Notes under the pieces: model-generated | What the model saw: only the letters and a program-made list of their open reading frames with translations | What the model was told of the DNA's origin: nothing | Database searches by the model: none | Part shown: in pieces, positions 37,445-47,018 of the stretch | Layout of the letters: every line of letters starts with the position of its first letter | How positions within the stretch are numbered: position 1 is the first letter of the stretch | Translations under genes and position numbers: made by a program | From: a virus | DNA: 64,000 nucleotides | IMG/VR virus record: IMGVR_UViG_3300030090_006322 | Span: 1-64,000 of that record | Direction: 5' to 3' (one strand)

Positions 37445-38113
37445 TTAGTCGCTTAAATATAAATATTTTTTTAAGTCTTTTCTTAGTTGTTTTTGTTGTA
37501 TATTTTCTTTTTTTCTAAAAACGTGTAAACTGTCAGCTTGATCAATTCTATCAAAGTATTTTTCTATTGCTCCATATGATCTTACCTTTGCATCAAAATC
37601 GTGAACCAATAGATATGAGTCTTTCTTCATTTTCCCAATAGATTGTAGGCAGCAAGCCACTCTGAATCTTCCATCAACTAAAATTAAATCGGGAAAATAA
37701 TTTCTTCTGCTTTTCAAAAAAGCTGAATATTTTGGCCACTCATCTATTTTTTCATCATTTTTAGGATGACCGTGATTTGAAGAATTAGCATTTATGTCAA
37801 CATAAAAAACTTTTGCTTTTTTAGGTAGATCATCTTTTACGTGTTCTATCCATTCTTTATCAGATTCAACCGAGTAAATTTTTTTTATATTTTTTTTAGA
37901 AGAAATATAAAGAGTGCTTCCTCCACAACCAAACTCAAAAACAGTTTTTACTTTTGAAATATATTTTTCTAGTAAATTGGTTTCTGCACTGTTCATAAGA
38001 GGCATAGGGTTTTTTTTGTTAAAAACCTCTAGTTCGATCTCTCTACGAACCCAATCTGTATTGAAGGCAAATTTAATTGCCTCTATCGCGTGATTACCTA
38101 CTACATCAAACAT
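37445..38113 (-). CDS. Class I SAM-dependent methyltransferase (glycan-associated)
   Basis: VFEFGCGGST, SVESD, DLILVDGRFRVAC, VHDF. Confidence 0.75.
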   Translation of the reverse strand: MFDVVGNHAIEAIKFAFNTDWVRREIELEVFNKKNPMPLMNSAETNLLEKYISKVKTVFEFGCGGSTLYISSKKNIKKIYSVESDKEWIEHVKDDLPKKAKVFYVDINANSSNHGHPKNDEKIDEWPKYSAFLKSRRNYFPDLILVDGRFRVACCLQSIGKMKKDSYLLVHDFDAKVRSYGAIEKYFDRIDQADSLHVFRKKENIQQKQLRKDLKKYLYLSD

Positions 38114-38954
38114 TAGTTATTATATTTTTATAAGTCTGTATTTCTAAAAAAGCTTGGACATTATCAAAGCAGTAATTACCTTTAAATTCAACTTTGTTTA
38201 AAGAGTCCCAGTTTTCCAAGAATATCCCAGGAACTTTCCAATATTCAAACAATGCGGTTATAGAATTATCTATGGCTATTGGTATAGATCCTACTAGTAA
38301 AGTTTCATAAAATCGATGTAAGTCTTGCCCAGAACCCTCCAAACAAATAACAAACTTATATTCGTTTAACAAAGAAAGATATTTTTTAAAAGAGAGTTTT
38401 TCTTCTTGGACTTCTACGAAATCTAAAGAACTTAAGGTTTTAAGTAATGCCGCTCTATCTGGGTTTGTAGAAGCTGTGTGATAAGGTAATAATATTTTAT
38501 CTTTTTTGTTTTTAAAAGATTTTTTGTTTTGATATAGCTCTTTAATTGCATCTTGATTCCCTCCAGCCCTTTCTTTTTCCTCAAACCCAATTGGAATAGG
38601 GATTATTTTTTGACTTAAATTTCTAGGTGCATTAGTGCAATACCATTTTTTTAAAAATGGATTATTAATAATCGAACTAATTTCAGACCCCTTAGTTACA
38701 TCAAAAGATGAGATGCCAGAAATTAAAGTAAAGTTATTTTTAATTTTAGGTAGAATAACCTTTTGGAACTGTCCGTGGTAAATGTAATCAGTTTTTACAA
38801 AAACAATATCTCCATTTTCTATCTCTAGAGGGTTTATGTAATTTTTATTATGTAACCTACTGACTCCAGCACCTTTGTAAAAATCTTCACCAACATCCAG
38901 AACATGGTCTGCTATTGTCGGCATCCAATTGTAATTAATAAACTTAAGGTCCAT
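38106..38954 (-). CDS. Exostosin/GT47-like glycosyltransferase
   Basis: IPIPIG, YKFVICLEGSGQDLHRFYETLLVGSIPI. Confidence 0.65.
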   Translation of the reverse strand: MDLKFINYNWMPTIADHVLDVGEDFYKGAGVSRLHNKNYINPLEIENGDIVFVKTDYIYHGQFQKVILPKIKNNFTLISGISSFDVTKGSEISSIINNPFLKKWYCTNAPRNLSQKIIPIPIGFEEKERAGGNQDAIKELYQNKKSFKNKKDKILLPYHTASTNPDRAALLKTLSSLDFVEVQEEKLSFKKYLSLLNEYKFVICLEGSGQDLHRFYETLLVGSIPIAIDNSITALFEYWKVPGIFLENWDSLNKVEFKGNYCFDNVQAFLEIQTYKNIITNV

Positions 38955-39664
38955 CAACTTAAACTTTTAATTGTTTGATCATCTTTTCTCGCTAAAATAG
39001 CCTGATATGGTCGAGGACAATCATCTGGTATTTTTTTGAATAAAGAATTGTTTGTTTTAAAAAAATCTCTTGAGAATTCTTTTTGATTTTCGTTTTTGCC
39101 CATCCACTCTTTAGAGGTATAGATGTTATAATTTAAATCTTTAAGAATAGACCTGCGGTGCCAATCCTCATCCCAGTGAAATTCAACTTGGAAAATAATT
39201 GAGTTATTAGACATGATTTTTCTAGCCCCTTCAAACACATCCCATTCAGCGCCCTCCACATCCAGTTTTATAAAATCAACTCTTTTGTCTTTAAAATAAG
39301 TATCTAAATTAATAGTATTAACTTCAAATAATTTTTCTTTATAGTCCGAAGAGTAAGCGTAAGGTGGTGCAGTTTGTAAATTACCCACGCTACAATCTTT
39401 TAAATCCAAAGAAAAAATCCCTTTACCGTTTTCTTTAGTAACAGCACAGTTATTTATTTTTAAATGTTTGTTTCTTACTAGATAAGAATATTTTTTTATT
39501 AAAAATTGATAATTTAAAGGAGAGGCTTCAAAAAGATGTCCAATTTTCATTTTGGGTAATAAAAAATCTGTCATGTCGCCTACACATGCGCCTATATCAG
39601 CGAAATGCCATTGACTTTGAATTAATCTTGAAAGTCGTTGTGATTGATTTTGTATCCAAGACAT
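38954..39664 (-). CDS. FkbM-family methyltransferase
   Basis: DIGACVG, FEASP, LD...DFIKLDVEGAE, VEFH. Confidence 0.85.
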   Translation of the reverse strand: MSWIQNQSQRLSRLIQSQWHFADIGACVGDMTDFLLPKMKIGHLFEASPLNYQFLIKKYSYLVRNKHLKINNCAVTKENGKGIFSLDLKDCSVGNLQTAPPYAYSSDYKEKLFEVNTINLDTYFKDKRVDFIKLDVEGAEWDVFEGARKIMSNNSIIFQVEFHWDEDWHRRSILKDLNYNIYTSKEWMGKNENQKEFSRDFFKTNNSLFKKIPDDCPRPYQAILARKDDQTIKSLS

Positions 39665-39666
39665 AT

Positions 39667-40371
39667 CTAATATTTAATTTGTTTCCAATTTTTATTACTT
39701 TGCGAACCTAAAGGATGACCTCTAAAATCATGGAAGAACAATTTTTCTTGATCGCAATAAATATCTACTAATGTTTTAAAAGAGCTTTCCATACAATGCA
39801 CCTCTTCGGCTTTTTCTAAAATGCCTATAAAATGAAAAATATTTTCTGATGTGTCGTTTTCTATTATGTGCAATTCTTTGTTTTGTATATGGCTTTTATC
39901 TAATGTGAAACCCCTATCTTTATCGTCGTGGACAAAAGCAAAAGGTAAGTTTTCAGGGTTTAACTTTTGCAAAAGTTTTTTTTCTGCCTCCAAGTCTCTT
40001 TCGACATAGAAATAAGACTGTCTTATGTCATATGGGATTTTGACTTGATCATAAAATATTTCCCAGCAATTTTTTCCTACAGCCGCATGGTCGTAGTTTT
40101 GATGCCCGACTACTAACAAATTGTCATCGTGTTTAGCGTGTGTATTGAGAGCCTTTTGAACTTCTTCATGTTCTTTAGATCCATCTATTGCAATGATGTT
40201 AATTTTATCATTTTCTCTATACATGTAATCAACCATCTTATAATAGCTATCTTTAGAGAAGATTGTTACTTTTTCATAGCCCCATTTTTCTTCTATATAT
40301 CTTACCATTCCGTTGCAATCAAAATGGTCTCCCAAACCTAAATGATGATATATAAATAAATTATTTTTCAT
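39667..40371 (-). CDS. Putative GT-B (GT9-like) glycosyltransferase
   Basis: HHLGLGDH at the N-terminus, AEEVHCMESSF; position within the glycan cluster. Confidence 0.5.
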   Translation of the reverse strand: MKNNLFIYHHLGLGDHFDCNGMVRYIEEKWGYEKVTIFSKDSYYKMVDYMYRENDKINIIAIDGSKEHEEVQKALNTHAKHDDNLLVVGHQNYDHAAVGKNCWEIFYDQVKIPYDIRQSYFYVERDLEAEKKLLQKLNPENLPFAFVHDDKDRGFTLDKSHIQNKELHIIENDTSENIFHFIGILEKAEEVHCMESSFKTLVDIYCDQEKLFFHDFRGHPLGSQSNKNWKQIKY

Positions 40372-41021
40372 TACCAAATTCTGTTATCGTTTTCATCCAC
40401 TGGTTCTCCAATAAAATATTTTGGATTACCATAATGATCTAACCCCTCTCTTCTGCTGATTGGGAATGGCTTTTTCTCAAAAAACTCGTCATGAACAAAA
40501 GAGTTGTTTTTTACTAGTGGATAGATTTTTTCTCTTAAAAATTGTTGATCCAACTCTCTGAAATTGTCTTTTTTGTATTCGTCAATTAACTCTCTCATTT
40601 CAGATATAGATCCTTGTTTAGCTCCCCACATTCCAGCTAAAATTGCTGTTCCATGAGCGGGGTGATCTCTCATTATATGAAATCCTTTGTCGCTAGATAT
40701 CCATTCGTCAACTGCTGCTTTTTCTCTAGCAGAAAGTCTACTGTCACTATCTCTACAGATCATGATCTCTACATCATCTTCAGAGGCTGGCAAAAACCTC
40801 CAAAGAGTGCTTAGATAATCTCCAGACTCTTTCATTAAGACAACCTCCACATTGTCTTTCCCCTCCAAACTATTGATAATATCTTTCGGGGTAGAAGATC
40901 CCAAATAATAACGACATATCCAATCAGGATATATATCTTTAGCTAAATCTGCATTTTTTAGCGCTCCAATAGTATATATGGGATTATCTCCCCACACTGT
41001 AAAACTTATAATTTTTTTCAT
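40371..41021 (-). CDS. Putative GT-A glycosyltransferase
   Basis: ISFTVWG, WRFL, CRDSDSR (DxD), MRDHP.H, AGMWG, DQ.FL. Confidence 0.6.
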   Translation of the reverse strand: MKKIISFTVWGDNPIYTIGALKNADLAKDIYPDWICRYYLGSSTPKDIINSLEGKDNVEVVLMKESGDYLSTLWRFLPASEDDVEIMICRDSDSRLSAREKAAVDEWISSDKGFHIMRDHPAHGTAILAGMWGAKQGSISEMRELIDEYKKDNFRELDQQFLREKIYPLVKNNSFVHDEFFEKKPFPISRREGLDHYGNPKYFIGEPVDENDNRIW

Positions 41022-41959
41022 TTATTTAAGTTTTTTATGAATTTTTGCAGATACTTTAAAAGATTGTGTTTACCAAAATAATCTTTTTTGCATTGTTGGA
41101 TGGCTGGCAATCTCCAAGAAATAGGTTCATCCATTATTTGTTTTAGCTCTTCAATAACATTATCAGACTCTGGATCAAAAGTAATAAAAGCATTTTCATC
41201 ATAAGCTTCTTTGATTTTTGAACACCCATAATAAATTGGTATACAGTTGTTTAAAAATGCATCAAAAAACTTTTCGGAAATGTAAAAGTCTTCACAACTG
41301 TTTTCCATGCATATAGAATATTTGTAATCTTTAAGAGCTGTCTTTTTTAAAGGGGGAGCGCCTTTGTATCTGCGGTCATTTATGGACCAACCTTTTCCAT
41401 AAATATCTATCTCTAAATCTGAATTTAAGATTTTTAATAATAAATTTTCTCTGATATAGTAATTAGATTCTTGAGGTTGAGATGATCCCGCTAATGCTCC
41501 ATGATTTGCGACCATAAAAGACATCTTTTTAGGGTAATCGGGAGAATCTATATTTTCAGGGAAAGAGTCATTTTTTAAATATTCGCTTTTGGTTGGGCCA
41601 TATAGGTTATCGGTGTGAATATTGTTTCTAGAATCATGGGTGAATAAAAAAGAAAATGTATGATGAACATTCTCTCCTTGTATTTTTTTATCACAAGTAA
41701 TCACATGCTCGCAGTAATTACCAAGATCTTTTAATGAATTAACGCTCCATGTAGGCTCCATAGTAACAGCTATGTTTTTTTCTTTCGGAGACGAATACAT
41801 TTCATTGCTGTGATTTAGAATAATCAAATAATCATAGTCATCACTAGTCGTTAAATCGAAGCAATTGGGGAGTTTGCCCCAATTGTATAAAACGCGAGCG
41901 TTGTTTTCCTCTGGCGAATCCCAAGGAGAAGAAAATTTTAATTTTATTTTTTTAGACAT
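41018..41959 (-). CDS. GT10 alpha-1,3/4-fucosyltransferase-like
   Basis: MEP, YKYSICMENS..DFYISEKFFDAF....PIYYG (the alpha-1,3-FucT motif). Confidence 0.8.
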   Translation of the reverse strand: MSKKIKLKFSSPWDSPEENNARVLYNWGKLPNCFDLTTSDDYDYLIILNHSNEMYSSPKEKNIAVTMEPTWSVNSLKDLGNYCEHVITCDKKIQGENVHHTFSFLFTHDSRNNIHTDNLYGPTKSEYLKNDSFPENIDSPDYPKKMSFMVANHGALAGSSQPQESNYYIRENLLLKILNSDLEIDIYGKGWSINDRRYKGAPPLKKTALKDYKYSICMENSCEDFYISEKFFDAFLNNCIPIYYGCSKIKEAYDENAFITFDPESDNVIEELKQIMDEPISWRLPAIQQCKKDYFGKHNLLKYLQKFIKNLNK

Positions 41960-42645
41960 TAATAAGAATCTCTTAATGTTGATTTAAGGTGGCTTAAGTT
42001 TTCTTCATCAACAGCTAATACGCTGCCATGTTTTGTCAATGCTTTACCCCAATATACTTGGAAATCCATTTCTTCAAAAGCAGTGTTGAATTCCCAATCT
42101 AAAGGTTGGGTAATTTTGGTTGATTGAAGATAGTCGTTTAATTTTTTTAATGCATCTTTTGTATATAAAACTGTGCATAATCCATTAGTGGCTGGATGGT
42201 CTTTTTTCCCGAAAATATCTCTATCGTCTCCTTTTCTAATCCAAGCTTCCCCTAAAAATACACAATCATATTTTAAGTTATGATCCCTGCATAGCTTATT
42301 CATTTTGCTAACATACAAAATTGCATCTTCTTTAAAAATTACATCGTCTTCTAAAATAAAAAAGTATTCTCCTTCATCAGATTTAACTATATCTTCAATA
42401 GCTTTTTTATATTTCATGCATAAAGACATTTCTGACTTTAACATTTTTCTTTTAAACTTTTGTTCAAAAACTTTTAAATCGAAGTTATTATTTATAGTTT
42501 CATCAGAAAGTTCTTCTTGATCAAAATCTTCTACGAATTCATGTTCAACTTTAGGAAACCAAGTTTCCATTTGTTTTTGCATGTGAGTTTTTCTCTCTTC
42601 TAGTTTCGTATAATGTATGATGTAAATTTTATTTATGTCCTTCAT
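41959..42645 (-). CDS. GT25-like glycosyltransferase
   Basis: IYIIH...ER, SEMSLCMK, FILEDD, PLD. Confidence 0.75.
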   Translation of the reverse strand: MKDINKIYIIHYTKLEERKTHMQKQMETWFPKVEHEFVEDFDQEELSDETINNNFDLKVFEQKFKRKMLKSEMSLCMKYKKAIEDIVKSDEGEYFFILEDDVIFKEDAILYVSKMNKLCRDHNLKYDCVFLGEAWIRKGDDRDIFGKKDHPATNGLCTVLYTKDALKKLNDYLQSTKITQPLDWEFNTAFEEMDFQVYWGKALTKHGSVLAVDEENLSHLKSTLRDSY

Positions 42646-43487
42646 TTAAATAATTCAAAGTTAATTGACTTTGGATCAAAATCTCCCCATATTTTTGTAT
42701 ACAATTCAGGAGTCAAATCTAAATCTTTGAAATCTGACCAATCATCAATAATTAAAATAGGTATACCCAATTTTTTAAACTCTTCTACCCCATGCCAACG
42801 AGTCACAATTGGGATGCTTTTCATGTAAATAGCCTCCCAAGTTTTATGACAATCAATTCCGTTTCCAATTGGAGATAAAGTAAAATAAGAACTAGCTATG
42901 TCGGTTAAATATCTTTCTTGAGTTGATTCAACAAAGTTATCATGATCTTTAAGGGAAGATGCATCTGGATAGTTTTTTTCCAGTTGTAGATTATATGGAA
43001 AGCCTATTTTATCTAAACATTCTTGTCTTGCGCGTGGATTGGTGGAGATGTTAAAATTGACATATACATTTTGAAATTTATTTATTTTTTTAGATTGTAT
43101 CTCTATAAATCTATCTTGATTTCCATGAGACCACTTTGGATTAGCTATACCAATTGGGATAGGTTTTACTTTAGGATGTTCTACAAGTAAGTTTTGAGTA
43201 TACCAAAATCCAATATTCGGAAATAAATCTAAAACAAAATCAATTTTTTCATTATCAAAATTAGTGTCTGAATTATGAGTGATTAAATTAAATTGTTCAG
43301 GAAGTTTTACAGCCCCTATTTTTCTATAAGTATCTAATAAAGTTAAATGCTCTGGCTTACAGAATACATAGTTGTTATCTAAAGATTCATCTTCTTGCGG
43401 AAAAAACTCTGCCGTTCTTGGATCTTTATAATTACTTAGTTGAAGCTTACATTGATGCTTAAAATATGTCCCACAAATAAAATTCAT
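42642..43487 (-). CDS. Exostosin/GT47-like glycosyltransferase (paralog of 38106)
   Basis: LITHNSD, WYTQN, PIPIG, FTLSPIGNGIDCHKTWEAIYMKSIPI. Start taken as MNFICG (ATGA overlap). Confidence 0.7.
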   Translation of the reverse strand: MNFICGTYFKHQCKLQLSNYKDPRTAEFFPQEDESLDNNYVFCKPEHLTLLDTYRKIGAVKLPEQFNLITHNSDTNFDNEKIDFVLDLFPNIGFWYTQNLLVEHPKVKPIPIGIANPKWSHGNQDRFIEIQSKKINKFQNVYVNFNISTNPRARQECLDKIGFPYNLQLEKNYPDASSLKDHDNFVESTQERYLTDIASSYFTLSPIGNGIDCHKTWEAIYMKSIPIVTRWHGVEEFKKLGIPILIIDDWSDFKDLDLTPELYTKIWGDFDPKSINFELFK

Positions 43488-44332
43488 TTTACAACGGTCT
43501 CCCAAAATTTAGACGCAGCAGACTCACAGCGATCTTTAAATTTATCATATCCTATTTTTTCAAATTCTAAATACGAACCAATTTTAGATTTGTCACCTAT
43601 AATTTCTTCAACCCCACACAATAAGGCTTCTGCTACCATTCTGCAAAATGGTTCATTAACAATTGGAGAGTGGAAGATTGCATTAGATTTCTGAAAAACC
43701 TGTGCTATTTCAGAGTGATCTATCTGACCGTTGTGTTTTATATTAGGATATTTATCAAAAAAACCTTTAGTGCTAAAATCTGCCCATCCAAATATGTCTA
43801 TGTTTCTGTTAGGGTTTTCTTTAGCAAATTTAAGTAGATTGTTAAAGCCTTTTAGGTGGTGTAAATAACCACAGTAAACAACATCATATTGTTTATCACA
43901 ATCACTTTTTTTAAATACCTGTGTTTCTATTGGGTCATAGATTATTTCTACATCATGGAAATAATCTCCATAAAGTTTTTTGAAAAAATCAAAATGGAAA
44001 TCGCTTAAAAAATAATTTTTTTTAGATTTCGAAAATAACTCTAACCTAGTATCATCATGCAAATATGAACAAGAATCATGCTCAAGCCTAATTGAGTTAG
44101 GCATTTTAAGAATAAAAGGTAGCTTTTCAGGAGAGATTTTACTAATTACCTCAAGATTTGAGTTAATAACTAAATCGTAAGATGTTAGAAAATCAGTAAC
44201 TGATGAAGAATGGCTGTGTTCTTTTATTTCATAGCCAAGCTCTTTACCTTTTTTGATTAAGATATTATTGCTTACTTGAGCGCCACCTTCTCTCTGTTGT
44301 AGTGTGAAGTCAGATATAAACAATACTTTCAT
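43484..44332 (-). CDS. GT4 glycosyltransferase
   Basis: GGAQ, GYLHHLKG, EPFCRMVAEALLCG. Confidence 0.8.
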   Translation of the reverse strand: MKVLFISDFTLQQREGGAQVSNNILIKKGKELGYEIKEHSHSSSVTDFLTSYDLVINSNLEVISKISPEKLPFILKMPNSIRLEHDSCSYLHDDTRLELFSKSKKNYFLSDFHFDFFKKLYGDYFHDVEIIYDPIETQVFKKSDCDKQYDVVYCGYLHHLKGFNNLLKFAKENPNRNIDIFGWADFSTKGFFDKYPNIKHNGQIDHSEIAQVFQKSNAIFHSPIVNEPFCRMVAEALLCGVEEIIGDKSKIGSYLEFEKIGYDKFKDRCESAASKFWETVVK

Positions 44333-44351
44333 GCAAATGCATGATTATAGT

Positions 44352-45332
44352 CTATAATTCTTCTTCTTCAACAACTTCCTTAACTTCAGACAAAAATGGT
44401 AAAGAATTTAATAGGTCTTGTTGATCTGCAAAATTAGCATCATCCCAACCCCACTCACTTAAAACTTCTTCATCATCCCAAGCTACAACCTCACTTGAAG
44501 TCATTTTGTTTACAGGTTTTTTGCTCCAAAATCTACAAGACCAATATCTAGCCTTATGTTTTGGACCTGGGTTTGTATCGCACTGGTGACGCGCTCTGAA
44601 ATTTCTACGTCTGTCTGGATCATCTCGCTTGATCTCCATATTTGGATCTCCAAATTTTACCATGACAGTATTTCCTTTTGGGTTTTTTACATAAACACCA
44701 AATTTCTTTTTGGAACCAGAAGGTAATCTAAAGGGTTTATTTAGGGTTTTTTTTTCTGCTTCTGAATAATCGATATCCTCTATGTCTTGATCCATTTCGA
44801 CTTCAGAAATCCCCGCTTTCAACAAGTCTATTTTAGCTAGACCAAATTCTACTTCATTAAAGTCAACATATGCTTCTCCGACTGGCTCATTGTAGTATTC
44901 CTCGCTACCTCTAGCAATATCTCCATCAGCAGCTCTGTAAGATTCTTTGACTTTTCCCCCACGAACCATTTTTAAGAATGTATTTACGCGAGCCATCGCC
45001 CACTGACCCCTGCTTTTACCAGGTCTATGGCTACTTGAAAATGCTCCTGCACCCCTCCTATAAACCTTTTTAAGTTGTCCAAGAGTAACTTTTTTAGAGT
45101 GTTTAGCGTTATGCTCCTTGACTTTATTCTTAAGTGAAGTGATTACTTTTTCAGAAAAAGTAATAGAGGGAGTTTTTTTGCCTCCTCCAGCAGATCCTTT
45201 AGGATTCTTTTTCGAACCTTTTTTGCGCTCCGAAGGTTTAGCTGGTGTTTGAGCAGAACTTCTTGGTCCTTTGCGTTTTGCGCTTTGGCTTTCTAAAAAG
45301 TCTTTAGCTTGATCTGAAAAGTCGTATTCCAT
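44352..45332 (-). CDS. Basic/acidic mosaic protein with DUF5824-like and DUF6321/DUF5754-like modules
   Basis: LKKVYRRGAGAF...RPG...QWAMARVN.F and KKFGVYV...VKFGD...RR.NFRARH.C...ARYWSC..W. Confidence 0.65.
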   Translation of the reverse strand: MEYDFSDQAKDFLESQSAKRKGPRSSAQTPAKPSERKKGSKKNPKGSAGGGKKTPSITFSEKVITSLKNKVKEHNAKHSKKVTLGQLKKVYRRGAGAFSSSHRPGKSRGQWAMARVNTFLKMVRGGKVKESYRAADGDIARGSEEYYNEPVGEAYVDFNEVEFGLAKIDLLKAGISEVEMDQDIEDIDYSEAEKKTLNKPFRLPSGSKKKFGVYVKNPKGNTVMVKFGDPNMEIKRDDPDRRRNFRARHQCDTNPGPKHKARYWSCRFWSKKPVNKMTSSEVVAWDDEEVLSEWGWDDANFADQQDLLNSLPFLSEVKEVVEEEEL

Positions 45333-45342
45333 CAAGAAATTA

Positions 45343-45349
45343 TTACACT
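45343..45349 (-). promoter_or_regulatory. AGTGTAA motif upstream of ORF 45332
   Basis: Intergenic, 10 nt before the ATG. Confidence 0.55.
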
Positions 45350-45371
45350 TTTAATTATTAAAAATGAATAT

Positions 45372-47018
45372 TTAACCCTCGCAAGAAGAGCAGTTTAGAA
45401 TAGATCTAGCTAGTTCTTGACTAGGATTAGCGCTTCTTTGATAATAAAAGCTTTTTACTCCTTGCTCCCAACCAAAAATCAAAAGCTCATTTACTTGTTT
45501 TGGTGGGCATTTAGGGGAAATCATTAAATTTAAGCTTTGTCCTTGATCAATATATTTTTGTCTTTGAGCTGCTTGGATAACAACTTCTTTTTGTGAAATC
45601 TCTCCAAATGTTTTAAATACCTCTTTTTCTTCTTCAGATAAAAAGTCGAGATGTTGGACAGAACCACCTTTAATTAAAATTGATTTCCAAGTTTTTTGAG
45701 TATTTTTCTTTTTCTCCTCTAATAATTTTTCTAGATAAGGATTTTTGTAAGTAAATTTACCTTTAGCTAAATCTTTGGTAAAATAATTACTATTGAGAGG
45801 TTCGATAGAGGGAGAAACTTGTCCCAGAATGAAAGAGCTAGAAGTTGTTGGGGCTATAGCCATTGTGGTCATGTTGCGCCTACCATAACCTTTTAAATGT
45901 TCTGGCTCACCCAATAAAACAGAAAGTTCTTTTGTAGCTTTATCACAATTGTCTCTGATTGTTTTATGAATTTCATTATTTATAAATTTAGCCTCCATAC
46001 TTTCGAAGCTAATCATTTTATCTTGAAGAAATGAATGCCAACCTAATACGCCAACTCCTAAAGCTCTTTGCCTTTTAGCAAAATTGTGAGAAGCCTCCAT
46101 GAATGGAATATCTTTAGTTTTGTTGATGTATTCCTCCATAACGGCATCAAGAAAATAAACAAGAGTTTGAATTGCGTCTGTTTCTTTTATCTCGTCCCAC
46201 TTCACAAGATTGAGAGATGATAAACAACAAACAAAAGACTCCTCTTCAGAAGAATGTAAAAATATCTCGCTACAAAGATTAGATGAATGAATCTTAAGTT
46301 TTTTATCTCTATATGCTTTGGGGGCATTTGCATTCGCCGTGTCTGTAAAAAACAAGTATGGATAACCAGTCTCAAACCTCTTTTTAATAATCGAGGCCCA
46401 AATAGATCTTTTCTTTCGGTCACCATCAATCATTGATCTCATCCATTCATCTGTAATGCAGACCCCAAAAGACATTTCTTGAATTGGGTTTCCCTCGCTA
46501 CGAATTCTTAAAAATTCAGTTATATCAGGATGTTCTACTGGAAGATATGCGGCAAACGATCCTCTTCTTACGTTACTTTGAGATACGACAGAAGAAACTT
46601 TATCAAATAACTCCATAAAGTGGACTGGACCGCTCGATGTTCCTCCAGCAGATATTTCAACTCCTCTACCTCTTAAATCACCAAAATAACCAGAAGTCCC
46701 AGCGCCATGTTTTGTTTGCATACCAACCTCCGCTTGTTTATCTAAAATCGCGTCCATTCTGTCTTCTATAAAGACACCATTGCAAGAAATAGGAAGACCC
46801 CTCTCTCTCCCAAAGTTAGCCCAGATTGGGCTTGATAAAGAATAAAAACCTTGAGCTAAATAATCAGAAAACTTTTCAGCAAACCCTTTTACTTTTAGTA
46901 TTTTTTCTGCTGCGAGAGCAATGTCTTCGCCTCTTTTTTCGGCAGTTTCACCATCTTGTAAATACCCTCTTTTGAGAAAGTCTCGGGCATCTTTATTTAG
47001 CCATTTGTATTTTTTCAT
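45372..47018 (-). CDS. nrdA: Ribonucleotide reductase alpha subunit, short form without ATP cone (NrdAi-like)
   Basis: LPISC, RRGSFA.Y, SNLCSEI, VCCL.S, APT.SSS, DQGQSLN, YY, and C-terminal CSSCEG. Confidence 0.92.
   Translation of the reverse strand: MKKYKWLNKDARDFLKRGYLQDGETAEKRGEDIALAAEKILKVKGFAEKFSDYLAQGFYSLSSPIWANFGRERGLPISCNGVFIEDRMDAILDKQAEVGMQTKHGAGTSGYFGDLRGRGVEISAGGTSSGPVHFMELFDKVSSVVSQSNVRRGSFAAYLPVEHPDITEFLRIRSEGNPIQEMSFGVCITDEWMRSMIDGDRKKRSIWASIIKKRFETGYPYLFFTDTANANAPKAYRDKKLKIHSSNLCSEIFLHSSEEESFVCCLSSLNLVKWDEIKETDAIQTLVYFLDAVMEEYINKTKDIPFMEASHNFAKRQRALGVGVLGWHSFLQDKMISFESMEAKFINNEIHKTIRDNCDKATKELSVLLGEPEHLKGYGRRNMTTMAIAPTTSSSFILGQVSPSIEPLNSNYFTKDLAKGKFTYKNPYLEKLLEEKKKNTQKTWKSILIKGGSVQHLDFLSEEEKEVFKTFGEISQKEVVIQAAQRQKYIDQGQSLNLMISPKCPPKQVNELLIFGWEQGVKSFYYQRSANPSQELARSILNCSSCEG

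Noticed and set aside
32085-44332. Bacterial chromosomal O-antigen locus, i.e. the window is host DNA
   Set aside because: The genes are coupled directly into the phage recA/dnaB operon, lack wzx/wzy/wzm, and are flanked by tail genes.
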